34,890 nt of DNA, from contig JBEVIU010000029.1 of assembly GCA_040510575.1 (NCBI GenBank), forward strand, positions 1-34,890. Reading direction: 5' to 3'. The notes beneath the pieces were generated by a model that had not been told where the DNA came from, did not search any database, and saw nothing but the letters and a program-made list of their open reading frames with translations. Below are positions 18,468-27,034 of this stretch, piece by piece (position 1 is the stretch's first letter; every line of letters begins with the position of its first letter). The stretch comes from Acidimicrobiia bacterium. GTDB lineage: Bacteria > Actinomycetota > Acidimicrobiia > IMCC26256 > DASPTH01. Made by a program: the position numbers and the translations under genes.

Positions 18468-18504
18468 GTCCTCAGCCGTGGGTCATGTGTAGGCTCCGCG
18501 GCCG

Positions 18505-19431
18505 GTGAACTCGGGGCCTGCGATCGCTGTCGACGCGCTCGAGAAGCGCTATGGCGCGACCCGCGCCGTCGACGGCCTGTCGCTCTCGATCAGCGAGGGC
18601 GAGGTGTTCGGGCTGCTCGGTCCGAACGGCGCCGGGAAGACCACCACCGTCGAGATCCTCGAGGGCTATCGGCGCGCCGACGCCGGCGAAGTCCGCGTGC
18701 TCGGTCTGGATCCGTGGCGCGACGGGCCCGCACTGCGCTCCCGCATCGGCGTGATGCTGCAAGAAGGCGGCCTGTACCCGGGCATCCGCCCACTCGAGGC
18801 GCTCGAGCTCTTCGCGTCCTACTACGACGATCCCGACGACCCGGAGAGGCTCCTGACCCTCGTGGGGCTCGACAGCTCCCGGGGCACGCTGGTGCGTCGG
18901 ATGTCGGGCGGTCAGCAGCAGCGACTGTCCCTTGCCCTCGCGCTCGTCGGTCGGCCGTCGTTGCTGTTCCTCGACGAACCGACCGCGGGGATGGACCCCC
19001 ACGCCCGGGCAACCACCTGGGCGCTCGTGCGCGAGCTGCGCGAACGGGGCGTCACGGTCCTGCTCACCACCCACGCGATGGACGAGGCCGAACACCTCTG
19101 CGACCGCGTCGCGATCGTCGACCACGGGCGCCTGGTGGCGTGCGGAACACCGGTCGAGCTCATGGACCATGCGATCACTGACGACACCTACTTCTCGGCG
19201 ACCGCCGGCCTCGACGTGACGGCCCTCACGAAGACACTCGGGCTCCCGCCCGCGACGGTGCACGAGATCAATCCCGGCGAATACGTGATCAACGCCGCGG
19301 CAACTCCCGCGATGGTCGCGCTCCTCGCCGAGTGGATGCGCGACCGGGGGGTGCTGGTGCGCGAGCTCCGTGCCGGCACGCAGACACTCGAAGACGTGTT
19401 CCTGCGCCTGACCAGCGAGGGGCGGGAGTGA
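18505..19431 (+). CDS. ABC transporter ATP-binding protein (ABC-2/DrrA-like)
   Basis: Walker A GPNGAGKTT, signature MSGGQQQR, Walker B LFLDEPT and LTTH. Confidence 0.95.
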   Translation: MNSGPAIAVDALEKRYGATRAVDGLSLSISEGEVFGLLGPNGAGKTTTVEILEGYRRADAGEVRVLGLDPWRDGPALRSRIGVMLQEGGLYPGIRPLEALELFASYYDDPDDPERLLTLVGLDSSRGTLVRRMSGGQQQRLSLALALVGRPSLLFLDEPTAGMDPHARATTWALVRELRERGVTVLLTTHAMDEAEHLCDRVAIVDHGRLVACGTPVELMDHAITDDTYFSATAGLDVTALTKTLGLPPATVHEINPGEYVINAAATPAMVALLAEWMRDRGVLVRELRAGTQTLEDVFLRLTSEGRE

Positions 19432-19460
19432 AGACCGGCATGAAGACGGGCGTGAAGCCG
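19428..19460. repeat. 12-nt tandem repeat of the stop/start overlap
   Basis: gtgaagaccggc atgaagacgggc gtgaagccg: three in-frame start codons, each overlapping a TGA in the ATPase frame. Confidence 0.8.
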
Positions 19461-20183
19461 CGCGCACTGGTCGCGCAGACCCGCATCGAGATGCTGCTGA
19501 CCATCCGGCGCGGCGAGAGCCTCCTCGTCACGCTCGCGATCCCGCTCGGCATCCTGGTGTTCTTCACCAAGGTCGACTCGGTGAACACGACGCTCGCTCA
19601 CCCGGTCGACTTCCTGGTGCCCGGCGTGCTCGCGCTCGCGGTGATGTCGAGCGCGATGGTGAGCCTGGGCATCGCCACCGGGTACGAGCGGCGCTACGGC
19701 GTGCTGAAGCGCCTCGGGTCGACACCCCTGTCGCGCGCCGGCCTCCTCACGTCGAAGACGGCGAACGTGCTCGTGCTCGAGTTGTTCCAGAGCATCGTGA
19801 TCGTCGGCACCGGCATCCTGCTCGGCTGGTCACCGTCGGGCGGGCTCGTTGCGGCGCTCGGGCTCATCCTGCTGGGCACCATCGCGTTCGCCGGGATCGG
19901 GATGCTCCTCGCCGGCACGCTCCGAGCCGAGGCGAACCTTGCCGTGGCCAACGGCTTGTTCCTCGTGCTGCTCTTCCTGGGTGGCATGGCGTACCCGCTC
20001 GAACGGTTGCCCGACGCGCTCGAATGGTTCGCCCGGCTGCTGCCCGCGGCGGCACTCTCCGAGACCTTGCGCGGCGTGCTCGATGCTCACGTGTCGTTCG
20101 ACTGGGGCGAGCTCGCCGTGCTCGTGGTGTGGGCCATCGCCGCCCCGTTGGCCGCCGCGCATTGGTTCCGCTGGGACGAGTGA
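19428..20183 (+). CDS. ABC-2 type transporter permease
   Basis: RRGESLLVT, GIATGYERRYGVLKRLG.TPL, about 6 TM and C-terminal FRWD. GTGA overlap with the ATPase; alternative starts at 19440 and 19452. Confidence 0.92.
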   Translation: MKTGMKTGVKPRALVAQTRIEMLLTIRRGESLLVTLAIPLGILVFFTKVDSVNTTLAHPVDFLVPGVLALAVMSSAMVSLGIATGYERRYGVLKRLGSTPLSRAGLLTSKTANVLVLELFQSIVIVGTGILLGWSPSGGLVAALGLILLGTIAFAGIGMLLAGTLRAEANLAVANGLFLVLLFLGGMAYPLERLPDALEWFARLLPAAALSETLRGVLDAHVSFDWGELAVLVVWAIAAPLAAAHWFRWDE

Positions 20184-20197
20184 CCAGAGCCTGGTCA
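20181..20197. terminator. Perfect inverted repeat containing both convergent stop codons
   Basis: tgaccag-agc-ctggtca. Confidence 0.4.
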
Positions 20198-20749
20198 GCG
20201 TGCCTGTGCAAGCCCGCGCTGCATCGCCTTCTCGTCGAGCTCTGCGAACGTCCGTTGCGCGATGGTGCCGTCAGCGCGAATGAAGAACGTCTGCGGAAGC
20301 TGCGCGACCCCGTAGGCCTTGGCCACGGCCCGGTCGGGGTCGAAGCCGTTCTCCCACGTCGCGTGCTCGTCCTTCGCGAAGCCCTTCGCGTCGCTGCGAA
20401 TGTCCCGCGTGTTCACGCCGACGACGGCGTACTCGCCGTCGGCAGCTCGGTCAGCGGCCCGAAGCACGGGGAACTCGGCGCGACACGGCGTACACCACGA
20501 CGCCCAGAAATTGAGGACGACGGGTGTGCCCCGGAGATCGGACAGTCGCAACGTGGCACCGTCGAGCGTCGTCAACTCGAAGTCGGGCGCCGGATCACCG
20601 ACCTTGGCGACGCTGGGATCCGCGAGCGAGTCGATCTGCGAGCCGGGCGCTGCGGGGGACTCCGTGGTGGCGTCGCCGTCATCGCGCACCGACCACCAAG
20701 TGATCCCCGCGACGACGAGCACGACGGCCAACGCGATGCCGCCGAGCAT
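20195..20749 (-). CDS. Membrane-anchored TlpA/ResA-like thiol-disulfide oxidoreductase
   Basis: N-terminal TM, APDFEL.TLDG, VVLNFWASWCTPCRAE and LPQTFFI. Start is uncertain (ATG 20749 or TTG 20845). Confidence 0.88.
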   Translation of the reverse strand: MLGGIALAVVLVVAGITWWSVRDDGDATTESPAAPGSQIDSLADPSVAKVGDPAPDFELTTLDGATLRLSDLRGTPVVLNFWASWCTPCRAEFPVLRAADRAADGEYAVVGVNTRDIRSDAKGFAKDEHATWENGFDPDRAVAKAYGVAQLPQTFFIRADGTIAQRTFAELDEKAMQRGLAQAR

Positions 20750-20813
20750 GAGCCGTGCACGACGCGAAGGAGCCGGCGGGGGAGCGGCGGAGCGGGCGGA
20801 CGCGTCCGCAGCG

Positions 20814-21734
20814 TCAGATGGCGCGGACGAGGGTGTCGACGGCAACGGCTGCGAAGAGCGCGGCGAGGTAGGTGTTCGAGAACATGAAGAAGCGGATCGC
20901 CTTGTCGGGATCGACGCTGCGCACCAGCTTGAACGCCTGAGCCACGAACGCGATGCCGAGCGCGACCGCGGCAACCGTGTAGATCACGCCGACGTCGCTC
21001 ACGAAGGGCAGGACGAGCGTGGTCGCGAAGACGATCACGCTGTACGCCGCGATGTTGTGCACCGCGACGCGCTCGCCCTTCACCACCGGCAACATCGGGA
21101 TGCCGGCCGCTGCGTAGTCGTCGCGGTAGCGCAACGCGAGCGCCCAGAAGTGCGGCGGAGTCCAGAAGAACACGATGGCAAAGAGGACCCAGGCCGGCGC
21201 TGCGACCTCGCCGGTCACCGCGGCCCACCCGACGAGCACGGGCACCGCGCCGGCGGCACCACCGATCACGATGTTCTGCGGGCTGCGCGGCTTGAGCCAG
21301 ATCGTGTACACGAACACGTAGAAGAGCATCGCCCCGACCGCCAGCGCCGCCGAGAGCAGGTTCACCGTCGACCAGAGCAGGGCAAAGGCAAGCGCTTCGA
21401 GCACCAAGCCGAACACGAGGGCGCGCTGCGGAGCGATCGTGCCCATCGCGAGCGGACGGTGCGCGGTGCGGCGCATCACCTGGTCGCGGTCGCGCTCGAT
21501 CCAGCAGTTGATCGTGTTGGCCCCGCCGGCAGCCAGTGCGCCGCCGACCAGCACCTGGATCACCAGGAGCACGGGCGGGAACTTGCCCTCGGCCAGGATC
21601 ATGGCGGGGAGCGTGGTGACGAGCAGCAACTCGATCACACGCGGCTTCGTGAGCTGCACGTACGACCAGACGGTGGCGCCCACCCGTTGGTGCCAGGGTG
21701 CGGCCACCGGCACTGAGGGAACCATTCGCGCCAC
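20814..21734 (-). CDS. ctaB: Protoheme IX farnesyltransferase (heme O synthase)
   Basis: LTKPRVIELLL, NCWIERDRD..M.RT..RP, YTIWLK...QNIVIGGAAG, FFWTPPHFWAL and DYAAAGIPMLP. Start is GTG 21734 or ATG 21725. Confidence 0.95.
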   Translation of the reverse strand: MARMVPSVPVAAPWHQRVGATVWSYVQLTKPRVIELLLVTTLPAMILAEGKFPPVLLVIQVLVGGALAAGGANTINCWIERDRDQVMRRTAHRPLAMGTIAPQRALVFGLVLEALAFALLWSTVNLLSAALAVGAMLFYVFVYTIWLKPRSPQNIVIGGAAGAVPVLVGWAAVTGEVAAPAWVLFAIVFFWTPPHFWALALRYRDDYAAAGIPMLPVVKGERVAVHNIAAYSVIVFATTLVLPFVSDVGVIYTVAAVALGIAFVAQAFKLVRSVDPDKAIRFFMFSNTYLAALFAAVAVDTLVRAI

Positions 21735-21741
21735 GGGGCCG

Positions 21742-21818
21742 AATCTAGCCTTGACCTCCGAGGCCCCACGAAGCAGGTCCGCTCCTCTCCACGGGCACGG
21801 AATCACCACGGCTACCCT
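21742..21818. promoter_or_regulatory. Divergent -10 elements (TAGATT minus 21742-21747; TACCCT plus 21813-21818)
   Basis: Each is 7 nt before an in-frame GTG (21734, 21826). Confidence 0.55.
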
Positions 21819-21825
21819 GCCAACG

Positions 21826-22152
21826 GTGCCGACGTCCGATGTGAAGCAGTCGATCCGCATGACCGCCGACCGGCTGCTGCTGCTCCCCGATGGGGACAGC
21901 GGTGACCGCAAGAGCCGTGGCGGCATCCTCATCCCGGCAACCGCGAACCTCGAGCGGCGCCTGGTGTGGGCCGAGGTGGTCGCAGTCGGCCCGACGGTGC
22001 GCAACGTCGAGGAGAGCGACCACGTGCTGTTCGCGCCCGACGCCGGTTTCGAGGTGGAGATCCGGGGCGAGGACTACCTCATCCTGCGCGAACGCGACGT
22101 GCATGCAGTGGCGTCGTCGCGCGAAGACGGCCAGACCGGCCTGTACCTCTGA
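21826..22152 (+). CDS. groES: GroES/Cpn10 family co-chaperonin (no adjacent groEL)
   Basis: DRLLL, KSRGGILIP, VVAVGP and GEDYLILRERDV. Start is GTG 21826 or ATG 21859. Confidence 0.85.
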   Translation: MPTSDVKQSIRMTADRLLLLPDGDSGDRKSRGGILIPATANLERRLVWAEVVAVGPTVRNVEESDHVLFAPDAGFEVEIRGEDYLILRERDVHAVASSREDGQTGLYL

Positions 22153-22155
22153 GGA

Positions 22156-22935
22156 TCAGCGCTTCGACTTGAGCTTGGTCGTGATCGTCACGGGCACGGC
22201 CGCTGGATGGGGGATCGGTGGCGTGGCGCCCACGGCGGCGCGCTCGTCGAGGTAGCCGATCACCGACCGGTAGAGGCGCTTCCCGAGCATCTTGCGCAGC
22301 TCGGCGCGCATCGACACGTAGACCGGCTCGGCGCCGGTGAACGCCTCCGGCGCTTCGGTGCACCACCAGGCGAAGTCCTCGCCGCCCTCACCCCAGCCGT
22401 CGCGGGCGAACTCGGTGAGCGTCGTCACGACCGTGCCGTCGTCCTGGTCTTCGTCGAAGCGGCGCAACGGAAGCTGCCAGCACACCTCGGGCTTCAGGTC
22501 GGCGTGGTGCTGCCCGGTGTTCATGCCGTGCAGATGCAGCGCACAACCAGGACCGGCGGCGAAGCCGTCGCGGTTCAAGAAGATGCAGGCGTCGTCGACG
22601 AGACGCGTCTTCCACTCCATCGTGCCGTCGTCGTCCTTGCCCGCCTTCTTGTAGATGCCCTTCTTGCGGCCGATCTTGGCGAACTGCCACTCGTCGGCCG
22701 TGAGGTCGAGCGCGGCGCGCGCGACCTGGTCGCGGTCGGCGACGTCACTGAAGTGCGCGCCGTAGGAGCAGCACCCGAGCACGAGCTCGGGCGCCTTCTC
22801 CGTGAGCACGCCCTGGCATCCGTTCCCGAAGATGCACTGCCAGTTCGACAAGAGGAAGGTGACGTCGATCTGCCACCGACGTCCCTTGTCCTTGGGGTCG
22901 GGGAAGGTGACCCATTCGCGAACGGCGCGTGCCAT
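22156..22935 (-). CDS. Conserved Cys-rich actinobacterial protein, Rv0495c-like
   Basis: REWV.F.DP, WQCIFG.GCQG, GCCSYGAHFSD, ACIFLNR.GF..GPGCALH, KPEVCWQLPLRR and WWCT. GGAGGA SD site upstream. The similarity to Rv0495c is recalled, not searched. Confidence 0.8.
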   Translation of the reverse strand: MARAVREWVTFPDPKDKGRRWQIDVTFLLSNWQCIFGNGCQGVLTEKAPELVLGCCSYGAHFSDVADRDQVARAALDLTADEWQFAKIGRKKGIYKKAGKDDDGTMEWKTRLVDDACIFLNRDGFAAGPGCALHLHGMNTGQHHADLKPEVCWQLPLRRFDEDQDDGTVVTTLTEFARDGWGEGGEDFAWWCTEAPEAFTGAEPVYVSMRAELRKMLGKRLYRSVIGYLDERAAVGATPPIPHPAAVPVTITTKLKSKR

Positions 22936-23058
22936 GCAACTCCTCCGTGCAACTCGTGCAACGCATACTTCTTACCGCGCGCAGGCGCCTTGCGGTGTAA
23001 TGGTCCGCGCCGCCGGTCAACCACCATCGTCGGGCCCGCTCTGTCCAGGGTCGCGCCG

Positions 23059-23064
23059 TAGGCT
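23059..23064 (+). promoter_or_regulatory. -10 element TAGGCT for glcDEF
   Basis: 8 nt before ATG 23073; no SD site. Confidence 0.55.
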
Positions 23065-23072
23065 TCGACCGC

Positions 23073-24497
23073 ATGTCGGTCGACCCGCTGCTCGCCGAAC
23101 TGGAGCTCGTCCTCGGTCCCGATCGCGCGCGCGCGGAGCCCTTGGAGCTGGCGTTGTACGCACGTGACGCGGGCGTCGCGCAGGGTCGAGCAGCAGCGGT
23201 GTGCTTCCCTCGTACGGCGGACGAGGTCGCCGGCGCGGTACGGGTCGCGGCGCACCACGACCGCCCCTTCGTCGCACGAGGGAGCGGCACCGGGCTCGCG
23301 GGCGGCGCCACCCCGGTGGGCGACCCCCTGGTCATCGTGACCACCCAGCTCGACCACCTGCTCGACGTCGATGCCGAAGCGCGCGTCGCCTGGGTCGAAC
23401 CCGGCGTGCTCAACCTCGACCTCACCCGGGCGGTGAGCCATCTGGGCCTCCACTACGCCCCCGACCCTTCGTCGCAACAGGCGTGCACCATCGGCGGCAA
23501 CGTGGCCACCAACGCGGGCGGTCCGCACTGCCTGGCTGCGGGCGTCACGTCGAGCCACGTGCTCGCGGTCGACGTCGTGCTCGCCGACGGGTCGACCGCC
23601 ACGCTCGGCGGACTCGAGCCCGACCAACCGGGCTACGACCTCAGGGGGTGCTTCGTCGGCAGCGAGGGCACGATGGGCATCGCCACCCGCATCGCGGTGC
23701 GACTCACACCGGACCCACCCACCGTCCGCACCCTGCTCCTCGACTTCGACACGATCGAAGCGGCGGGTGCTGCGGTCAGCGCCATCATCGCGGCGGGGGT
23801 GGTTCCCGCGGCGCTGGAGATGATGGACGCCGAGATCACCCGCGCGGTCGAGGACTTCGTTGGTGCGGGCTTCCCACGCGACGCGGCGGCGGTGCTCCTG
23901 GTCGAAGTCGACGGCCTGCCCGACGGTGTCGCGGCACAGGTCGCGACCATCGACGCCGTCGGCCGCGCCGAAGGAGCGCGCACGGTGCGCGTCGCGGCAG
24001 ACGACACCGAGCGCGCGCTGCTGTGGAAAGGCCGTAAATCGGCCTTCGGCGCCATTGCCCGCATCGCGCCCGACTACTACCTCCACGACGCGGTCGTGCC
24101 GCGGACGCGACTCGTCGAAGTGCTGCGTCAGGTCTACGCGATCGCGGCCGAGCAGCGCCTCACGATCATGAACGTGTTCCATGCCGGCGACGGCAACCTG
24201 CATCCGTTGATCGTGTTCGACGCGCGGGAACCCGGCGTGTGGGAGCGTGTGCACCGGGCGGGCGACGAGATCCTCGCGGCGTGCATCGCCGCTGGTGGTG
24301 TGCTCTCCGGTGAGCACGGGATCGGCCTCGAGAAGCGCGAGGCCATGCCGCTGGTGTTCACACCAGACGACCTCGACGCGCAAGCGCGCCTCCGCGACGC
24401 GTTCGATCCGTCCGGGCGCGCCAACCCCACCAAGATCCTTCCGGCGGGGAGCCGGTGCGGTGAGCTCCAGCGCATCCCCGATGGAGCATGGGTGTGA
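23073..24497 (+). CDS. glcD: Glycolate oxidase-like FAD-linked subunit GlcD
   Basis: RGSGTGLAGG, PDPSSQ.ACTIGGN, GSEGTMG, HAGDGNLH and SGEHGIG.EK. Confidence 0.88.
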   Translation: MSVDPLLAELELVLGPDRARAEPLELALYARDAGVAQGRAAAVCFPRTADEVAGAVRVAAHHDRPFVARGSGTGLAGGATPVGDPLVIVTTQLDHLLDVDAEARVAWVEPGVLNLDLTRAVSHLGLHYAPDPSSQQACTIGGNVATNAGGPHCLAAGVTSSHVLAVDVVLADGSTATLGGLEPDQPGYDLRGCFVGSEGTMGIATRIAVRLTPDPPTVRTLLLDFDTIEAAGAAVSAIIAAGVVPAALEMMDAEITRAVEDFVGAGFPRDAAAVLLVEVDGLPDGVAAQVATIDAVGRAEGARTVRVAADDTERALLWKGRKSAFGAIARIAPDYYLHDAVVPRTRLVEVLRQVYAIAAEQRLTIMNVFHAGDGNLHPLIVFDAREPGVWERVHRAGDEILAACIAAGGVLSGEHGIGLEKREAMPLVFTPDDLDAQARLRDAFDPSGRANPTKILPAGSRCGELQRIPDGAWV

Positions 24498-25546
24498 CGC
24501 CCGCGACCCCGCTCGAGGGGATCGACGCCCTGGCGACCGCCGTCGCCGACGCGCCCTCCGTGGTCGCGATCGGCGCAGGCACGCAGTGGGAGGTGGGCGG
24601 GCTCAGCGAGCCCGATGCCGTGAAGGTGCGAGCGCCGTCGGGCATCGTGAGCTACGACCCCCGCGACCTCACCGTCACCGTGGGTGCGGGCACGTCGGTG
24701 GCCGAGTTGAGCGCGACGCTCGCGGAGCACGGCCAGGAATGCCCGCTCGATCCTCGTGACCCGCTGGCGACCTTGGGTGGCGTGCTCGCGTGCGGGCTGT
24801 CCGGACACCGACGACTGCGCTACGGGCCGCTGCGCGACCGGGTGCTCGAAGTTCGCTTCGTGACCGCCGACGGCCGCGTCGTCAAGGGGGGCGGGCCGAC
24901 GGTCAAGAACGTCACCGGTTTCGACATCCCGCGCCTGCTCGTCGGTTCGTTCGGCACCCTGGGCGTGCTCGTGCAGGTCACGCTTCGTTGTCAGCCGCTG
25001 GCCGCCGACGCGGAGTGGAGCACCACGGCGCTCGATCCGTTCGAGGTGCGACGGCGCGCGTTCCGGCCGTCGTGCATCGCGTGGGACGGCTCCACCACCA
25101 CCGTGCTGTTCGAAGGGGTGGCGCGCGACCTCAGGGCCGAGCGCGCCGCCGCCGGCACCTCGCCGGCGAGTGGAGCTCCGGAGCTCCCGCGTGGCCCGCA
25201 TCGCGGTCGCGTGTCGGTCCGGCCGGCGGTACTCGCCGCTCTCGGCCCGGCACTCGACGAGTGCGGCGTGCGGTGGCTGGCCGAGGTGGGAGTCGGCACC
25301 GTGCACGTCGCCGCCGACCACGAGTCCGAGCTCGCCGCAGCCCGGACGGCCACCGAGGCCGTCGGCGGGTGGATGCTCCGCGAAGCGGGCGCGCCGGGGC
25401 TCGACGGGTTCGGCGTGACCACACCGAACCGCGCCCTCATGGCGCGCATCCGCGACGCGTTCGACCCGACGCACAAGCTCGGGCGCGGACGTCTCGACCC
25501 GCTCCTGTGTCCACGTGAGGTCGAGCTGGAGGGTGCGCGTGGCTGA
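24488..25546 (+). CDS. glcE: Glycolate oxidase-like FAD-binding subunit GlcE
   Basis: GIVSYDP.DLTVTV.AGT, ATLGG, GG.TVKNVTGFD..RL..GSFGTLG and FDP. Start is 24488 or GTG 24494. Confidence 0.82.
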   Translation: MGVTPATPLEGIDALATAVADAPSVVAIGAGTQWEVGGLSEPDAVKVRAPSGIVSYDPRDLTVTVGAGTSVAELSATLAEHGQECPLDPRDPLATLGGVLACGLSGHRRLRYGPLRDRVLEVRFVTADGRVVKGGGPTVKNVTGFDIPRLLVGSFGTLGVLVQVTLRCQPLAADAEWSTTALDPFEVRRRAFRPSCIAWDGSTTTVLFEGVARDLRAERAAAGTSPASGAPELPRGPHRGRVSVRPAVLAALGPALDECGVRWLAEVGVGTVHVAADHESELAAARTATEAVGGWMLREAGAPGLDGFGVTTPNRALMARIRDAFDPTHKLGRGRLDPLLCPREVELEGARG

Positions 25547-26816
25547 AGCTCACCTGCACGTCGAGAGCGGCCCGATCGTGCGCCACGGTGTGCTCCCCGT
25601 GTCGGAGGACGAGCTCGTGAGCTGCGTCGCGTGTGGGCTGTGCCTCCCGCACTGCCCGACCTACCGCGTCACGGGCCTCGAGCTGGCGTCGCCACGCGGC
25701 CGGATCGCGGCCATGCGTGCGGTCGAGCTCGACGGCGCGCCACTCGACGCCGCCTTCCGCGACGCGATGGAGCTGTGCGTCCAGTGCCGCGGCTGTGAGG
25801 CGGCATGTCCGTCGGGGGTCCCGTTCGGCCATCTCATGGAGGGCGCGCGCGAAGCGTTGCACGCCCATCCGACGGCCGGCTCCGCTCCGAGCGGCGTGTT
25901 CCGGCGGATCGTCGAGTGGTCGGCCTACGTGATCGTGCTACCGCGGCACTGGCTCCTCCTCGCGCTCACGTGGGTGATCTGGTTCGGGCAACGGCTACGC
26001 CTCGTGCCCCGTCGGTTCGGCATACCGCAACTGTCTCGGCGGACGCTGCGCACTCCGCTCGTCGCCGACACCGACGCCGACGCGTTCCTCTTCACCGGTT
26101 GCGTCATGGACGCCTGGCAGCGCGACGTGCACCGTGCCGCGACGCAGGTGATGCGCGCGGCGGGAGCCCGGGTCGGTCTGCCCGGCAAGGGGGGCGACTG
26201 CTGTGGTGCGCTCCACGTGCATGCGGGTCGTCTCGACGACGCGCGGCGGCTGGCGCGACGAGTGATCCGCTCGATGCCCGGCGATGCCGCGATCGTGGTC
26301 GACAGCGCCGGGTGTGGGGCTGCGATGAAGGACTACGGGCGCCTGCTCGGCACCGTCGAAGCCCGCGCCTTCGCAGCGCGCGTGCGCGACTTCTCGGAGT
26401 GGGTCGGCGAACAGGCGCCCCTCCCGCTGCGGGCAACCGGTCGCACCGTCGTGGTCCAGGACCCGTGCCACCTGCGCCACGTGCAGCGCGCCCACGGAGC
26501 GGTGCACGCCGTCCTCGCGCCGGCGTACGACTGCCGCGAGACGGCCGACGACGGCCTCTGCTGTGGCGCGGGTGGCGCCTATGCCGTGCTCCACCCGGAG
26601 ATCGCAGGGGAGATCCGCGATCGCAAGGTCGCAGCCATCCGTGCCGCGGCTGCCCCCGGCCGAACCAACGGCGTCCCCGGCGATCCGGTCGTGGCGTCGG
26701 CCAATCCGGGGTGCTCGATGCATCTCGCGGCGGCGGGGCTCGACGTTCGGCACCCGGCCGAGCTGCTCGCCACTGCACTGGACTTGGGCGCACTGGAGGA
26801 GACGACACCCCGATGA
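25539..26816 (+). CDS. glcF: Glycolate oxidase-like iron-sulfur subunit GlcF
   Basis: CVACGLCLPHCP and CVQCRGCEAACP (two 4Fe-4S motifs) plus two CCG domains. GGAGGG SD site before GTG 25539. Confidence 0.85.
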   Translation: MAEAHLHVESGPIVRHGVLPVSEDELVSCVACGLCLPHCPTYRVTGLELASPRGRIAAMRAVELDGAPLDAAFRDAMELCVQCRGCEAACPSGVPFGHLMEGAREALHAHPTAGSAPSGVFRRIVEWSAYVIVLPRHWLLLALTWVIWFGQRLRLVPRRFGIPQLSRRTLRTPLVADTDADAFLFTGCVMDAWQRDVHRAATQVMRAAGARVGLPGKGGDCCGALHVHAGRLDDARRLARRVIRSMPGDAAIVVDSAGCGAAMKDYGRLLGTVEARAFAARVRDFSEWVGEQAPLPLRATGRTVVVQDPCHLRHVQRAHGAVHAVLAPAYDCRETADDGLCCGAGGAYAVLHPEIAGEIRDRKVAAIRAAAAPGRTNGVPGDPVVASANPGCSMHLAAAGLDVRHPAELLATALDLGALEETTPR

Positions 26817-27016
26817 GCATGCACGACGTCGAGCATCTCGTGGAACGGCTGCAGTCGATCGAGGAGGAACTGCGCGACCTCGCGTTCGAACGGCTGCGCG
26901 CCGCGACCGAAGACGGCGATGCCGACGCGCTGGCCGACGAGAAGCGCTTCCTGCAGGCCCGTCGCGCCATCGCTCGCGCGGTCACCGCGCTCGGGGGACA
27001 CCCGTCGTTCGACTGA
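26813..27016 (+). CDS. Small helical hypothetical protein (67 aa)
   Basis: MSMHDVEHLVERLQSIEEELRDLAFERLR...EKRFLQARRAIARA. ATGA overlap with glcF and a GGAGGAG SD site. Hidden inside the longer ORF-track entry 25805-27016. Confidence 0.75.
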   Translation: MSMHDVEHLVERLQSIEEELRDLAFERLRAATEDGDADALADEKRFLQARRAIARAVTALGGHPSFD

Positions 27017-27034
27017 CGAGCACTCGTCGAGCCG

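Noticed and set aside
22985-23070. ggtgtaatgg resembling a tRNA D-arm
   Set aside because: No T-loop (GTTCRA) at the correct spacing, no acceptor stem and no CCA end.
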